From Xylella taiwanensis (GTDB taxonomy: Bacteria > Pseudomonadota > Gammaproteobacteria > Xanthomonadales > Xanthomonadaceae): 32,000 bases of DNA. Shown piece by piece: positions 9,681 through 19,070 of this stretch. The stretch's first letter is position 1. Each line of letters begins with the position of its first letter. The position numbers were made by a program, and so were the translations under genes. The notes under the pieces are model-generated. The model saw only the letters and a program-made list of their open reading frames with translations, was not told the origin of the DNA and did not search any database. The stretch spans positions 210,001-242,000 of the forward strand of contig NZ_CP053627.1 in NCBI RefSeq assembly GCF_013177435.1. The letters are read 5' to 3'.

Positions 9681-11080
9681 GTAATGTGCACTCCTAATGG
9701 CTTTCGTAGTCATTCGCGTTAGTTTGGTTCCTTGCCGTCACAACGCCTGCAACGGGATTGCTTCTCGTCGTTTTTTTATCCCTTTGCAGGGCAATATTGA
9801 TCGTAGCAGTACCAGTGAACATCAAACGATCATTCCATGAATACAACCCCAGCAATAGTGCGGTATCTGCATCAGATGTAACACCACCCACAGCTACTCC
9901 GCGTTATGTCCTAGACAGCACATCGTTGGAGCAGTTGATGAACCTCCCAGACAACAATGATGGATGTGGGCAGTTCTCAAGCCACCAAGCCCGCATCATT
10001 TCGACACGTAACAGAACCGCACTGTAACCCGCTACAGCCCCCCTCTTTGACCCCGTCTACACAAGCCAAAGATCACAAAGCCAAGCGTATTCCGTTGAGT
10101 TAAAACAAAAAGTATTTTGGTCAGCATCCCTTGTAGTACGAACACTCAGTGTATGAACCCTGAGTTGCACAGATACACAAGATAATGACAACACCTGCTT
10201 ATCCATTCACTGTGCGGGCCACTTAAGCGGGAGACCTTGCACCTGCAGTTCGAGTACTGCACTCAAACGCCACTAATACCAGCACATGTTGATGACAAGC
10301 ACGGCTGTAGACCTACGATAGCAAGTCTACAGCCATCCCCAGTGAATCGCCTCAAAGACGCAAATGCAAGACCCTAAATAATGAGTGCCCATCATCGTTC
10401 ACACCCACCAAATGAGGATTAGATTGCATCCCTCATGAGTCATCAATGATGGGATGTTTGAAGGTGTGGTTGACATCGGAATTGGTATTCAGACCACGGC
10501 ATATGCGCCATGTAGTGAAGTGGCCAAGCGTGATTAGCATGAGGCAACAGCTTTGCCAGCTTGGGGATTAACCCAGGTAAGTCATTGAAGGCTCCTCAGG
10601 GTAAGTTGAATGTCAGCACTTTGAAATACTAAGTTTGCATCGTTTACCAGGGCCAACCAACCTAATTGCAAAATTATATAAGAATTGCAAGTTTGTAGTT
10701 TAGTCTTTATTACATAGGCAATTGGATTCTTATAATCAACGTATCGTTGTTTCCGCAATACAAATGACAGTGCCGTCTACCATGACAGCCTCTGTGTGTC
10801 GTTCCTTGGTGTACGGAAGTACCTTCATATGTACATGCTTTTTCTTCCAGATATACGACGTTGCGCTGCTGATTTCGTGTTCGTAATGGATTCCAGGGAT
10901 TCATGCTCGTGGATCGGATTCCTTGGAGAGAGTTTTCTATGTGTAAGGAGTTCTACTGCATTGATGAATCACCTTAACAAACGCACCTCAAGGACAGTCT
11001 TTATTTAATTTGTCATCGACATCTTGCCAATTTCAGCCGATGCATAGCAGGAATAATACTGATTTCGTGACCTGGAGATA

Positions 11081-11131
11081 AAAGGAAATAAAAAGTCCTC
11101 TTCCCGATGGGCATCGGTCAGGAAGAGGGAC
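11081..11131 (-). terminator. Rho-independent terminator of the H1-like gene
   Basis: The hairpin spans 11095-11131. The outer stem gtcctcttc/gaagagggac has 9 bp and one bulge, and the inner stem ccgat/atcgg has 5 bp. On the minus strand it is followed directly by TTTTTATTTCCTTT (plus 11081-11094). It lies 25 nt past the stop codon. Confidence 0.65.
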
Positions 11132-11155
11132 GGATAAACTATGATCGAAAATGGA

Positions 11156-11548
11156 TCAGATCAGCGGTGCTGGGGTAATCGGCAACGCAACCAGAGCAGC
11201 TTTCTTCTTGCGCGCCATTGGCTTCTTCTTAGCAACCGCCTTTGTGGGTTTCTTAGAGACGGTTTTCTTTATCGCCTTCTTGGCGACCTTTTTTAACACA
11301 GGCTTTTTGGCAGTTTTCACAGTTTTTTTCGCAGTGACCTTTTTCACCACCTTTTTGGCATTCTTTACCGCTGCCTTCTTCACGATTGCTTTCTTCAGTG
11401 CAGGCTTCTTGGCACTCTTTATTGTCTTTATTGTCTTTATTGTCTTTTTTGCAGCGACTTTCTTTAGCACCGGTTTCTTGGCGCTCTTCACGGCCTTTTC
11501 GGACTTTTTCGTGGTGGTCTTCTTAGCAGCAGCTTTCTTCGTGGCCAT
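11156..11548 (-). CDS. Histone H1-like lysine-rich nucleoid protein (AlgP/BpH1-like low-complexity protein)
   Basis: 130 aa with many K residues, built of reiterated AKKPVLKKVAxKK units (MATKKAAAKKTTTKKSEKAVKSAKKPVLKKVAAKK...). A strong SD GAGGAG precedes the ATG and a terminator follows. The Phe/Leu-rich + strand ORF 11151..11552 is its antisense shadow. Confidence 0.85.
   Translation of the reverse strand: MATKKAAAKKTTTKKSEKAVKSAKKPVLKKVAAKKTIKTIKTIKSAKKPALKKAIVKKAAVKNAKKVVKKVTAKKTVKTAKKPVLKKVAKKAIKKTVSKKPTKAVAKKKPMARKKKAALVALPITPAPLI
11417..11447 (-). repeat. In-frame 9-bp tandem repeat (ctttattgt x3.4) encoding TIK-TIK-TIK inside the H1-like gene
   Basis: Direct reading: perfect copies at 11417-25, 11426-34 and 11435-43, plus a partial copy at 11444-47. 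Confidence 0.9.
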
Positions 11549-11655
11549 GTGATTGGCTCCTCGTCAGTGAACTATGAGTTTGAAACGCCCAGTTGAACCA
11601 AACCCGCAGCACATGAGTGGCAGCGAGAATCGACCGCATCTGGACACAAGCGGAA

Positions 11656-11687
11656 CGATATAGAAATATCGGTATCGAATACCGATA
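11656..11687. promoter_or_regulatory. Overlapping inverted repeats upstream of the H1-like gene (candidate operator)
   Basis: cgatat-agaa-atatcg (11656-11671) overlaps a perfect 9-bp inverted repeat, tatcggtat-cga-ataccgata (11667-11687). The cluster is centred about 130 nt upstream of the ATG at 11548. Confidence 0.25.
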
Positions 11688-12902
11688 CGGATCCATCAGA
11701 AACATCACCTTATTTCAGAGTAAAGCCAAGGAGTGACACCACTATTGGAACCACGTTGATGCACATTCGACCCTCTGTTCTTGGCTTGATTTTGATCTGA
11801 CCCACTCTCTTCTTGATCAATCTCTACTGGGCGAAACCTAATCACGCTCTTTTTTAGTGTCAACACTCGCACGTGAAAAAATTCATCGAAAACTTGTGCT
11901 GTAATACCATAATGCTCTCTCTAATCGTTCACTGTGGCTGTCTGAGACTCTCTGCCGCAGATCAATAGGATGATGCCAACAGAAAGAAAAAGGCTTTTTT
12001 AAAGCATGTTTTTTGCATGGTTTGAATCTCCTTAGTATGTTTGAGGGAAGGTCGGTGCGTGCGAACAACGCCATCAGTGTATAACTATTGAACAGCTGAA
12101 AATTTGATCCTCAATCCTACTCTGATGAGTCGATGTAGGGTGAAATTGCGCAAAAAATTTGCACGTCAGAGACGCTCAACGGTGTGCCTACGGTCCTCTG
12201 TACGCTACCTGATTCACAGAGGCTCAATCATGCAGCAGCGTCCGTAACCTAGCTTTCAGGTTGCCTGTATGCAGTGATGCATACGGTGGTCCAAAAAGAG
12301 TCTGGAGAGGTTGAGTTGTAGAAATCGGCAACTTCCGATGTGAGCTCATTGAAGTGGGCTGTGTGGAACAACTTATTCATGTCATTGGAGACTGTGTTCC
12401 GACGCAGGCATTGCCCGTTAGTATTGCGAGTGCTATCCACTTACTACATCCAAACCAATAATTTCATGGTTATTCTGTAGGGAGTTAAGGTCACTTGGTT
12501 TGCCGTATCATCGTGGTTGCCATCTTTCGAGTTCTTTTCAGGACTCTTTAGTAGTCGGAAGTAGCTCGAATTGGAACACTGGATAGAATTTGTTCCTTGC
12601 ACATCGCTCACTGAGGGGCGTTTTCAATCCCGTTTGCTTCTCGCGTATCTAACGCTTGTTGTCTTTGTAAGTATCCTTGGGTGCAACCTTTTTGGCTGTT
12701 TTACTTGGGCATGTTGATTTATATTTCCTTACCTGTGCTTCCCGTCACTTTTTCTTCGCTTCTTTCCGACTTCACTATCACCGGCACCCCGCCTTGTTTC
12801 TGTTTAATGCTTTCCTGTTCGGATTAACAGTGGATTGTGATCCTCTGCCACAGATACGCTTTGCTTTACTGTGGCTATTCGGTGGTGTGATGTAGGAAAG
12901 AT

Positions 12903-13298
12903 TCAGCGTTCGTCACTTTCTAGCAGTTCGGTGTAATCGTCGGGCGAAAGTAGATCATCAATCTGTTCTGGATCCTTCATCTCAATGACCATGATCCAAC
13001 CATCACCGTAGGGATCTTCATTGATCGTCTCAGGTTTGTCGCTTAACGTAGCATTGACTTCAATCACTTTACCGGTGACCGGGCTGTAGATATCCGAGGC
13101 AGCCTTGACCGACTCGATGACCGCAGCAGTGGTGCCAGCCTCCAGGTAATCACCAACATTGGGCAATTCGACATATACCAGATCACCGAGCAGACTTTGC
13201 GCATGATCGGAAATACCCACGATGACACGATTGTTGCCTTCGATCCGGGCCCATTCGTGGGATTTGAGGAACTTGAGGTCGCCAGGAATATCACTCAT
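12903..13298 (-). CDS. gcvH: Glycine cleavage system H protein
   Basis: Track ORF 12903..13337, trimmed to ATG 13298 ([21 protein letters not shown]...). Lipoyl-lysine motif ESVKAASD, 131 aa. Confidence 0.95.
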   Translation of the reverse strand: MSDIPGDLKFLKSHEWARIEGNNRVIVGISDHAQSLLGDLVYVELPNVGDYLEAGTTAAVIESVKAASDIYSPVTGKVIEVNATLSDKPETINEDPYGDGWIMVIEMKDPEQIDDLLSPDDYTELLESDER

Positions 13299-14064
13299 GG
13301 GAAAAACACATCGGGAGAGAGCATATAGTTTAACCAACCTGAAAATGGATGAGGCTGTTCCACGACACCTTCTGCTGTGCCTGCACTGGACGTGTCGGTG
13401 TACAGTGCCTGCTTCAAGTGGACCGTGATTGGCAAGTGTCGATGAACATATTTCGCTGGATGGATTAAGGGTGTTGCTGTGATGCGTTCCGATGTGGCAT
13501 CACCACCGCCACAGACACTTTGAATGTGTTAAGCATTCCAACGTTGCGGTATCGTTATGGGGATGGTGGGGGGCATATTTAGCTTTTGTTTTTGCTTCCC
13601 TAGGTCTGTCCGAATAGCGCATTGACGCCATAGCTATGGAACGCAGGATGCTCACTAGGCCTGCCTGATGAGTTCACGCGGTCTTGGCCAGACACCGGCT
13701 TGTTATTCGAGCACATACGATGGACAACTTCATTAGATCTGCCAGTGATCTTAGGGGGTATTGTTGAGACTGTTGCTCCAGAACGTGGTGTTCTTGCGTT
13801 AGCGCTAGTATCGTGTTCACCCCCTTGTTATGCGTTCTATCATGTGAGTAGTTGGTTGTGCCTTATTCCTGCCTATCATGCAGCGAATGCTGGGTGGATG
13901 AGTGGAGCTAGCATCAAACAGGTCAAAAGGTAAAGATGTACATTGATTGGCCGTCGATACGCAGAGGTTACTGGTGGCACCAGCAGCACGAGTTACGGTG
14001 AGTGGCACAAATATGGTGGCCATCGCTAAATAAGACAAATCGATTGCTTTAGATCGATTTTCCT

Positions 14065-15171
14065 TCAATCCAAGACGCCTGGTTGCGTTTGGCCTTCACG
14101 CACAAAGGGGAATTTGACAACTCGCACCCGGACTTCACGGTCACGGATGTTGACCCGTACCTCACTTGGTTCGCCAGCTGGCACACGTGCGAACCCGATA
14201 GCTTTGTTCAAGGTCGGTGAAAACGTACCGGAAAGGATTTCGCCCTCGCCCTGTGCGGTTAATACTTTCTGACCATGGCGCAGCACTCCTTTCTCGTCCA
14301 TGACTAAGCCGATCATCTGTCGCGAGACACCTGTAGTTTTTTGCTGTTCGAGCACGTTACGACCGATAAAGTTGCGACCTTCATCAAGCATGACGGTCCA
14401 GCCCAGTGCAGCTTCGTAGGGTGAAACCTGCTCGTCCATATCCTGGCCGTAGAGGTTCATACCTGCTTCTAGACGTAACGTGTCGCGTGCGCCAAGTCCG
14501 ATGGGTTTCACACCTGTCTCCAACAGCGCATTCCATAACGCTGTAGTTTTTTCTTGTGGCAGTAAAATCTCAAAGCCGTCCTCACCGGTATACCCAGTGC
14601 GTGAAATAAACAGCGCCGCTCTCAAGTGCGAGGTCACTTCTAGTGCAGCGAAGCGCCTAAGTTTTTCCACTGCATTGCGGTTGGTTTCGGTCAATAGTCT
14701 AATTACCTGTGCGCGTGCGTTCGGTCCCTGTATAGCGATCATTGCCAAGTCTGCGCGCTCTTCAACCAGTACCTTGAACGCAGTAGCCTGTGCATCAATC
14801 CATGCCAAATCCTTTTCCCGGGTAGCAGCATTAACGATAAAACGAAAGTAATCCTCACGTAGGTAATAGACGATCAAATCGTCGATCACACCGCCTTGCG
14901 GATTCAACATGCAGCTATACAGGGCTTTGCCAGATACCTTGAGCTTGTCTACCGAATTAGCTAATAGCTGGCGCAAGAAGTTGCGCACGTGTATCCCATG
15001 CACATCAATGACGGTCATATGACTGACGTCGAACATACCAGCGTTGCGCCTGACCTGATGATGCTCATCGATCTGTGAGCCGTAGTGAATAGGCATCTCC
15101 CAGCCGCTGAAGTCGACCATCTTGGCACCGAGTGCCCGGTGGGCGTCGTTGAGAATCGTCTTTTTGATCAT
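14065..15171 (-). CDS. gcvT: Glycine cleavage system T protein (aminomethyltransferase)
   Basis: Track ORF 14065..15420, trimmed to ATG 15171 ([52 protein letters not shown]...). 368 aa, collinear with GcvT. The 83-aa N-terminal extension in the track has no family resemblance. Confidence 0.95.
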   Translation of the reverse strand: MIKKTILNDAHRALGAKMVDFSGWEMPIHYGSQIDEHHQVRRNAGMFDVSHMTVIDVHGIHVRNFLRQLLANSVDKLKVSGKALYSCMLNPQGGVIDDLIVYYLREDYFRFIVNAATREKDLAWIDAQATAFKVLVEERADLAMIAIQGPNARAQVIRLLTETNRNAVEKLRRFAALEVTSHLRAALFISRTGYTGEDGFEILLPQEKTTALWNALLETGVKPIGLGARDTLRLEAGMNLYGQDMDEQVSPYEAALGWTVMLDEGRNFIGRNVLEQQKTTGVSRQMIGLVMDEKGVLRHGQKVLTAQGEGEILSGTFSPTLNKAIGFARVPAGEPSEVRVNIRDREVRVRVVKFPFVREGQTQPGVLD

Positions 15172-15323
15172 GGCATAAAGGTTCTCATTATCTTTACAAG
15201 CATCTGGATGTCGTGGAATGAGCGTCTGTGCTGTACTTAGGTCCGAGTTGTCATGCTGGCATAATGAGTCGCACCAGATGGCAATAGGATGCGATGGCGT
15301 GACGTCATATGCATTGTCGGCAC

Positions 15324-15761
15324 TCAAGCTAGTTGTACCTTGAGTGTGGTGCCATCTAAATCTAAAGCAACGATCTGGACTTGACTGCCGATGGGTAAGT
15401 CGGGGCCACTGATGGCCCAAAACGTGTCATCAATTTTGATCCGAGCTTTGCCGTCAACGATGGCGTGATCAAGCACGATGACACGCCCGACCAGCTGATC
15501 GGCACGGCGATTCAGCAGCGGACGGTCACTGTCACGGTCGATACTGCGGAACCAAGTCCTGTAGATATAGATTGAAACGAAGCTTAGCGCAACGAAAGCG
15601 AACACTTGCAGCAGCAGCGAAGTATCCGGAAGCAGCAGCACAGCAACGAACACGGCTGTTGCTGCAATCCCCATCCACAGCATGAACGCGCCAGGTGCCA
15701 GTGCCTCGGCAGCGAACAATAGTAGAGCGGCCGCTACCCATCCCACAACGTCCCAGCGCAT
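15324..15761 (-). CDS. NfeD-family membrane protein (YbbJ-like)
   Basis: 145 aa. Three N-terminal TM helices plus a C-terminal OB-fold-like NfeD domain ([28 protein letters not shown]...). The start is 3 nt after the SPFH stop. Confidence 0.85.
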   Translation of the reverse strand: MRWDVVGWVAAALLLFAAEALAPGAFMLWMGIAATAVFVAVLLLPDTSLLLQVFAFVALSFVSIYIYRTWFRSIDRDSDRPLLNRRADQLVGRVIVLDHAIVDGKARIKIDDTFWAISGPDLPIGSQVQIVALDLDGTTLKVQLA

Positions 15762-15764
15762 GAC

Positions 15765-16721
15765 TCAACCTCGGTGCGGTGGTTGAGACTGTGTCGCAAC
15801 ATGACCGGACTTACCCAATGCTTCCTTGGTCAAGTCGGCAATGCCGGCGATCGAGCTAATGATGCCTGAGGATTCCATCGGCATCAGGATGAACTTCTGG
15901 TTGGGAGCAGTGGCCAGTTCCTTGAATGCTTCAACGTATTTCTGTGCAACAAAGTAGTTGATTGCTTGCACGTTACCCTCTGCGATGGCATCGGAGAGCA
16001 TCCGAGTTGCTTTGGCTTCCGCTTCTGCTAAGCGCTCACGTGCCTCTGCTTCACGGAACGCGGCCTCCTTGCGGCCCTCGGCTTCCATCACAGCGGCTTG
16101 CTTCTCCCCGTCGGCACGTAGGATTGCGGATTGGCGTACCCCCTCCGCTTCCAGGATTGTTGCACGCCTGTTTTGTTCGGCCATCTTTTGTTGTTGCATC
16201 GATTCGGCCAGATTCTGCGGCGGCTGAATGTCTTTGATATCGATACGAGTGACCTTCACCCCCCACGGGCTGGTGGCGTGCTCGACGACGCTCAACAGCT
16301 TGGCATTGATTGTTTCGCGTTGACTTAATGATTCGTCGAAGTCTATCGAGCCAACCACGGTGCGAATGTTGGTCTGCACCAATGCGATCATCGCAATTTC
16401 CAAGTTGGCAACCTCGTAGGCAGCCTTGGCAGCGTCGAGTACTTGGAAAAACACCACCCCGTCCACGCGCACTCCCGCGTTATCTTTGGTGATGACCTCC
16501 TGACTAGGTACAGCCAGTACCTGCTCCATCATGCTTACTTTGCGTCCGACGCTGTAGATGACAGGAATCAAGAAATGCAGGCCCGGTTTCATGGTGTGGG
16601 TGTAACGACCGAACTTCTCCACGGTCCACTCATAACCTTGCGGCACCATGATCACGGATTTGAACAGCATGATAATGCCGGTGACCAGCACAATTAACGC
16701 CAATAAATTACTTGCCAACAT
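15765..16721 (-). CDS. SPFH/band-7 (stomatin/prohibitin-like) protein, QmcA/YbbK-like
   Basis: 318 aa. An N-terminal TM anchor, an SPFH core (VPQGYEWTVEKFGRYTHTMKPGLHFLIP...) and an Ala/Glu-rich coiled-coil tail. AAGGAA SD upstream. Confidence 0.9.
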   Translation of the reverse strand: MLASNLLALIVLVTGIIMLFKSVIMVPQGYEWTVEKFGRYTHTMKPGLHFLIPVIYSVGRKVSMMEQVLAVPSQEVITKDNAGVRVDGVVFFQVLDAAKAAYEVANLEIAMIALVQTNIRTVVGSIDFDESLSQRETINAKLLSVVEHATSPWGVKVTRIDIKDIQPPQNLAESMQQQKMAEQNRRATILEAEGVRQSAILRADGEKQAAVMEAEGRKEAAFREAEARERLAEAEAKATRMLSDAIAEGNVQAINYFVAQKYVEAFKELATAPNQKFILMPMESSGIISSIAGIADLTKEALGKSGHVATQSQPPHRG

Positions 16722-17403
16722 TGGAATTCCTTTTTATCCCTGAATAGACCCAGTATGCATGAATGTGGTCACTCTCTACAGAATGAATGGTAGCTTGATG
16801 TCCTTACAGCATGTCGCGGCGATTGGTAGGGCCATAGAAACATGATTTGTCAGTGCCGCTGTAACAAGACATGACGGGTCACGTGTCAATTGTTGCCATA
16901 AGCCAGCGTCTCTAAACTAGTAAGTCAAGCAGTACACACACACGATAGTAACAAGTGCCTACATAGTGTCATTGCTGACAAAGTGTCACCACATCCAAGG
17001 TGCGGTTGAAAAGATAAAACCATTTAGAAATGGTGAAAGCGTGGTACGGCAGATGCATGCCGTGGTTAAACCTAAGCATCCTTTTCCGGGGCGATGGAAA
17101 CATGATCACTGGCTTATGTTATGTAGACTGCCCTATTCGGGTAGCGGGCTCGACCCATATCGATGGGATGCCTTCTATCCATGACAGTCGCAGCAACACA
17201 GCGGCGATATAAACTCCTAGGAGCTGCCAGATGTTGATGTGTGTAAACACAGTCGAGTAAAAGTCAGCACATGAGACAAATATTGCCAAGTTAGCTGTGA
17301 CTGGTTGCAACAACCCGACATTGAATTCATCGCAAGCCTAGTCTGGTAGCAACCAAATAGAGTTTGGTGCGATGTGTGGCGGCGTTTTACAGAAGCAGCG
17401 TTC

Positions 17404-18237
17404 TCATGGTGCCGATGGATCGACTTCCTGGCGTTTGACAGCCTTCCACAGGATTTCTTGCTCTGATAGTGGCATGTGCTCTAGCGTAGTGCCTGCAGCA
17501 CTTGCTGCTGTTTCCATCGCGCGGAAGTGTCCTTCGAACTTAAGGTTGGTGCGGCGTAGTGCATTACCCGGATCAACCTTGGCGTGGTGGGCAAGGCTGA
17601 TGCAGAGGAAGAGCAGATTGCCGAATGTCTCCTCAATCTGTTCATCGCTGTCCTTCATGGTGTCCAGCAGAAACGTTTGGTGAATGTGCTCCAGTGTTTC
17701 CTGTACCTTGACGATGGCAGGGATTGGGCCTGATCCCTTGAAGCCAGCGCGTGTGGTGCGTTCCTGCAACTTGAGCGTGCGTAGCCATTCTGGTAGACCG
17801 CGGGAGATTCCGGCTAGCGCAGAATCGTCACGCTCGCCAACAGCTTCGCGTTCTTGGCGCTTAATGGCTTCCCAGTTAGTGCTGACTGCTTGAGCATCAT
17901 CGACTGTAACTTCACCAAAGACGTGCGGATGCCTGCGTACCATTTTATTGGTAATTGCTGCAATCACGTCGCTAAATTCGAACGCACCCTGCTCGGCGGC
18001 CATATGCGCATGGAAAACGATTTGTAGCAGTAGATCGCCGAGTTCGTCTTTTAAGGCGGTCAAGTCGCTGCGGTCAATTGCGTCAACAACCTCGTAGGCT
18101 TCCTCAATCACGTAAGGCGCAATCGTGGCAAAGTCTTGTTTCAAATTCCAAGGGCATCCCCGGATTGGGTCGCGTAGGCGTGCCATGATTGATAGCAAAG
18201 TCTCAATGTGGTGTGAGGAGCCGGGAAGATCAAACAT
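17404..18237 (-). CDS. mazG: Nucleoside triphosphate pyrophosphohydrolase MazG
   Basis: The track ORF starts at TTG 18291, and I prefer ATG 18237 (MFDLPGSSHHIETLLSIMARLRDPIRGCPWNLKQDFATIAPYVIEEAYEV...). It has tandem MazG domains and is collinear with E. coli MazG as remembered (RLRDPxxGCPWDxxQTFxTIAPY, RRHPHVF). Confidence 0.9.
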   Translation of the reverse strand: MFDLPGSSHHIETLLSIMARLRDPIRGCPWNLKQDFATIAPYVIEEAYEVVDAIDRSDLTALKDELGDLLLQIVFHAHMAAEQGAFEFSDVIAAITNKMVRRHPHVFGEVTVDDAQAVSTNWEAIKRQEREAVGERDDSALAGISRGLPEWLRTLKLQERTTRAGFKGSGPIPAIVKVQETLEHIHQTFLLDTMKDSDEQIEETFGNLLFLCISLAHHAKVDPGNALRRTNLKFEGHFRAMETAASAAGTTLEHMPLSEQEILWKAVKRQEVDPSAP

Positions 18238-18269
18238 GCGGAAAGTACCAGAATGGGGAATAGGATGGT

Positions 18270-19070
18270 TCAGGCCAACCAATCGCGCCAAGGCAGCGTG
18301 GTGTCGCCCAGTGCGATAAAACCGCTGTTAAGCAGCGTCTCGCGTCTGTTGTAGCACAACGGTTTTCCAGTCTCGATGCTAAGCAGTGCACCGCCCGCAG
18401 CATGCAGCACGCACTGGCCGGCGGCAGTATCCCACTCAGCGGTGGTGCCTAGACGCGGGTACACATCGAGCGTGCCTTCAGCAAGGCGGCAGAACTTCAG
18501 TGCCGATCCCTGCGAGACCAGCGTTGTTTCTTTCATGTGTGTCAGCAACGCAGCGGTTTGCGCATCAAGGTGTGAGCGGCTGACGGCCACACGTAACGAT
18601 CTGGCGGCGGGTACCTGCACGTGCAACGTGGTATCACGGTTACCATCACGGCGGAATGCCTGTTCGCCGTGCATCGCATACCAGATGGTGCCTTCCACCG
18701 GTGCCAGGATCACCGCGTAGACGGGGATACCTTCGTGGATAAGAGCAATGTTCACGCAGAACTCACCGTTGCGTTTGATGAATTCGCGAGTACCATCGAG
18801 TGGATCGACCAACCAGTAGCTAGTCCAGCAGCCGCGTTCCTTCCAAGTGCGTTCTGGTGACTCTTCCGACAAAACGGGCAGATTTGGTGTCAGTTGCTTG
18901 AGTCCGTGCATGATGATCTTGTGCGCGGCTAAATCGGCTTGAGTCAATGGACTCATGTCTGCTTTGATCTGGACCTGGAAATGATCCTGATAGATATCCA
19001 TGATCGCTCTGCCGGCATCGGTAGCGATGCCGATGATCGATTCGCGAAGATCGTTGGATATATTGATCAT
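18270..19070 (-). CDS. cysQ: 3'(2'),5'-bisphosphate nucleotidase CysQ
   Basis: Inositol-monophosphatase family motifs LSEE, WLVDPLDGTREF and WDTAAG. ATG 19070 forms an ATGA overlap with the nudE stop (19069-19067). The alternative ATG 19088 is the track start. Confidence 0.9.
   Translation of the reverse strand: MINISNDLRESIIGIATDAGRAIMDIYQDHFQVQIKADMSPLTQADLAAHKIIMHGLKQLTPNLPVLSEESPERTWKERGCWTSYWLVDPLDGTREFIKRNGEFCVNIALIHEGIPVYAVILAPVEGTIWYAMHGEQAFRRDGNRDTTLHVQVPAARSLRVAVSRSHLDAQTAALLTHMKETTLVSQGSALKFCRLAEGTLDVYPRLGTTAEWDTAAGQCVLHAAGGALLSIETGKPLCYNRRETLLNSGFIALGDTTLPWRDWLA

Noticed and set aside
10021-10440. The skew switch (C-rich to G-rich) could mark a replication origin
   Set aside because: There is no dnaA, dnaN or gyrB context and no cluster of DnaA boxes; I saw a single near-match, TTATCCAtt, around 10199. 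Blocks on both sides (e.g. 1201-1260 and 26521-26580) are G/T-rich, so the reversal is local rather than a chromosome-scale switch.
12677-12895. 72-aa hydrophobic + strand ORF that could be a small membrane protein
   Set aside because: It lies in a strongly T-rich tract (e.g. 12661-12720: T28 of 60), which by itself generates Phe/Leu-rich open frames. There is no SD, and I recognise no conserved motif.
15172-15323. Expected a glycine riboswitch in the gcvT leader
   Set aside because: Reading the minus strand, I found none of the conserved cores (GGAGAG, CCGAAGGGGCAA, CUCAGGCAAAAGGAC). Only a covariance-model scan could settle this, so I make no call.
15172-15420. N-terminal extensions in the ORF track (gcvT to 15420, prfC from 2514, TatD-family gene to 8620, gcvH to 13337, queD from 25401, nudE to 19789, mazG to 18291)
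   Set aside because: The extensions have no family resemblance. An internal Met aligns with the canonical N-terminus in each case, and the nudE extension would run into bioA.
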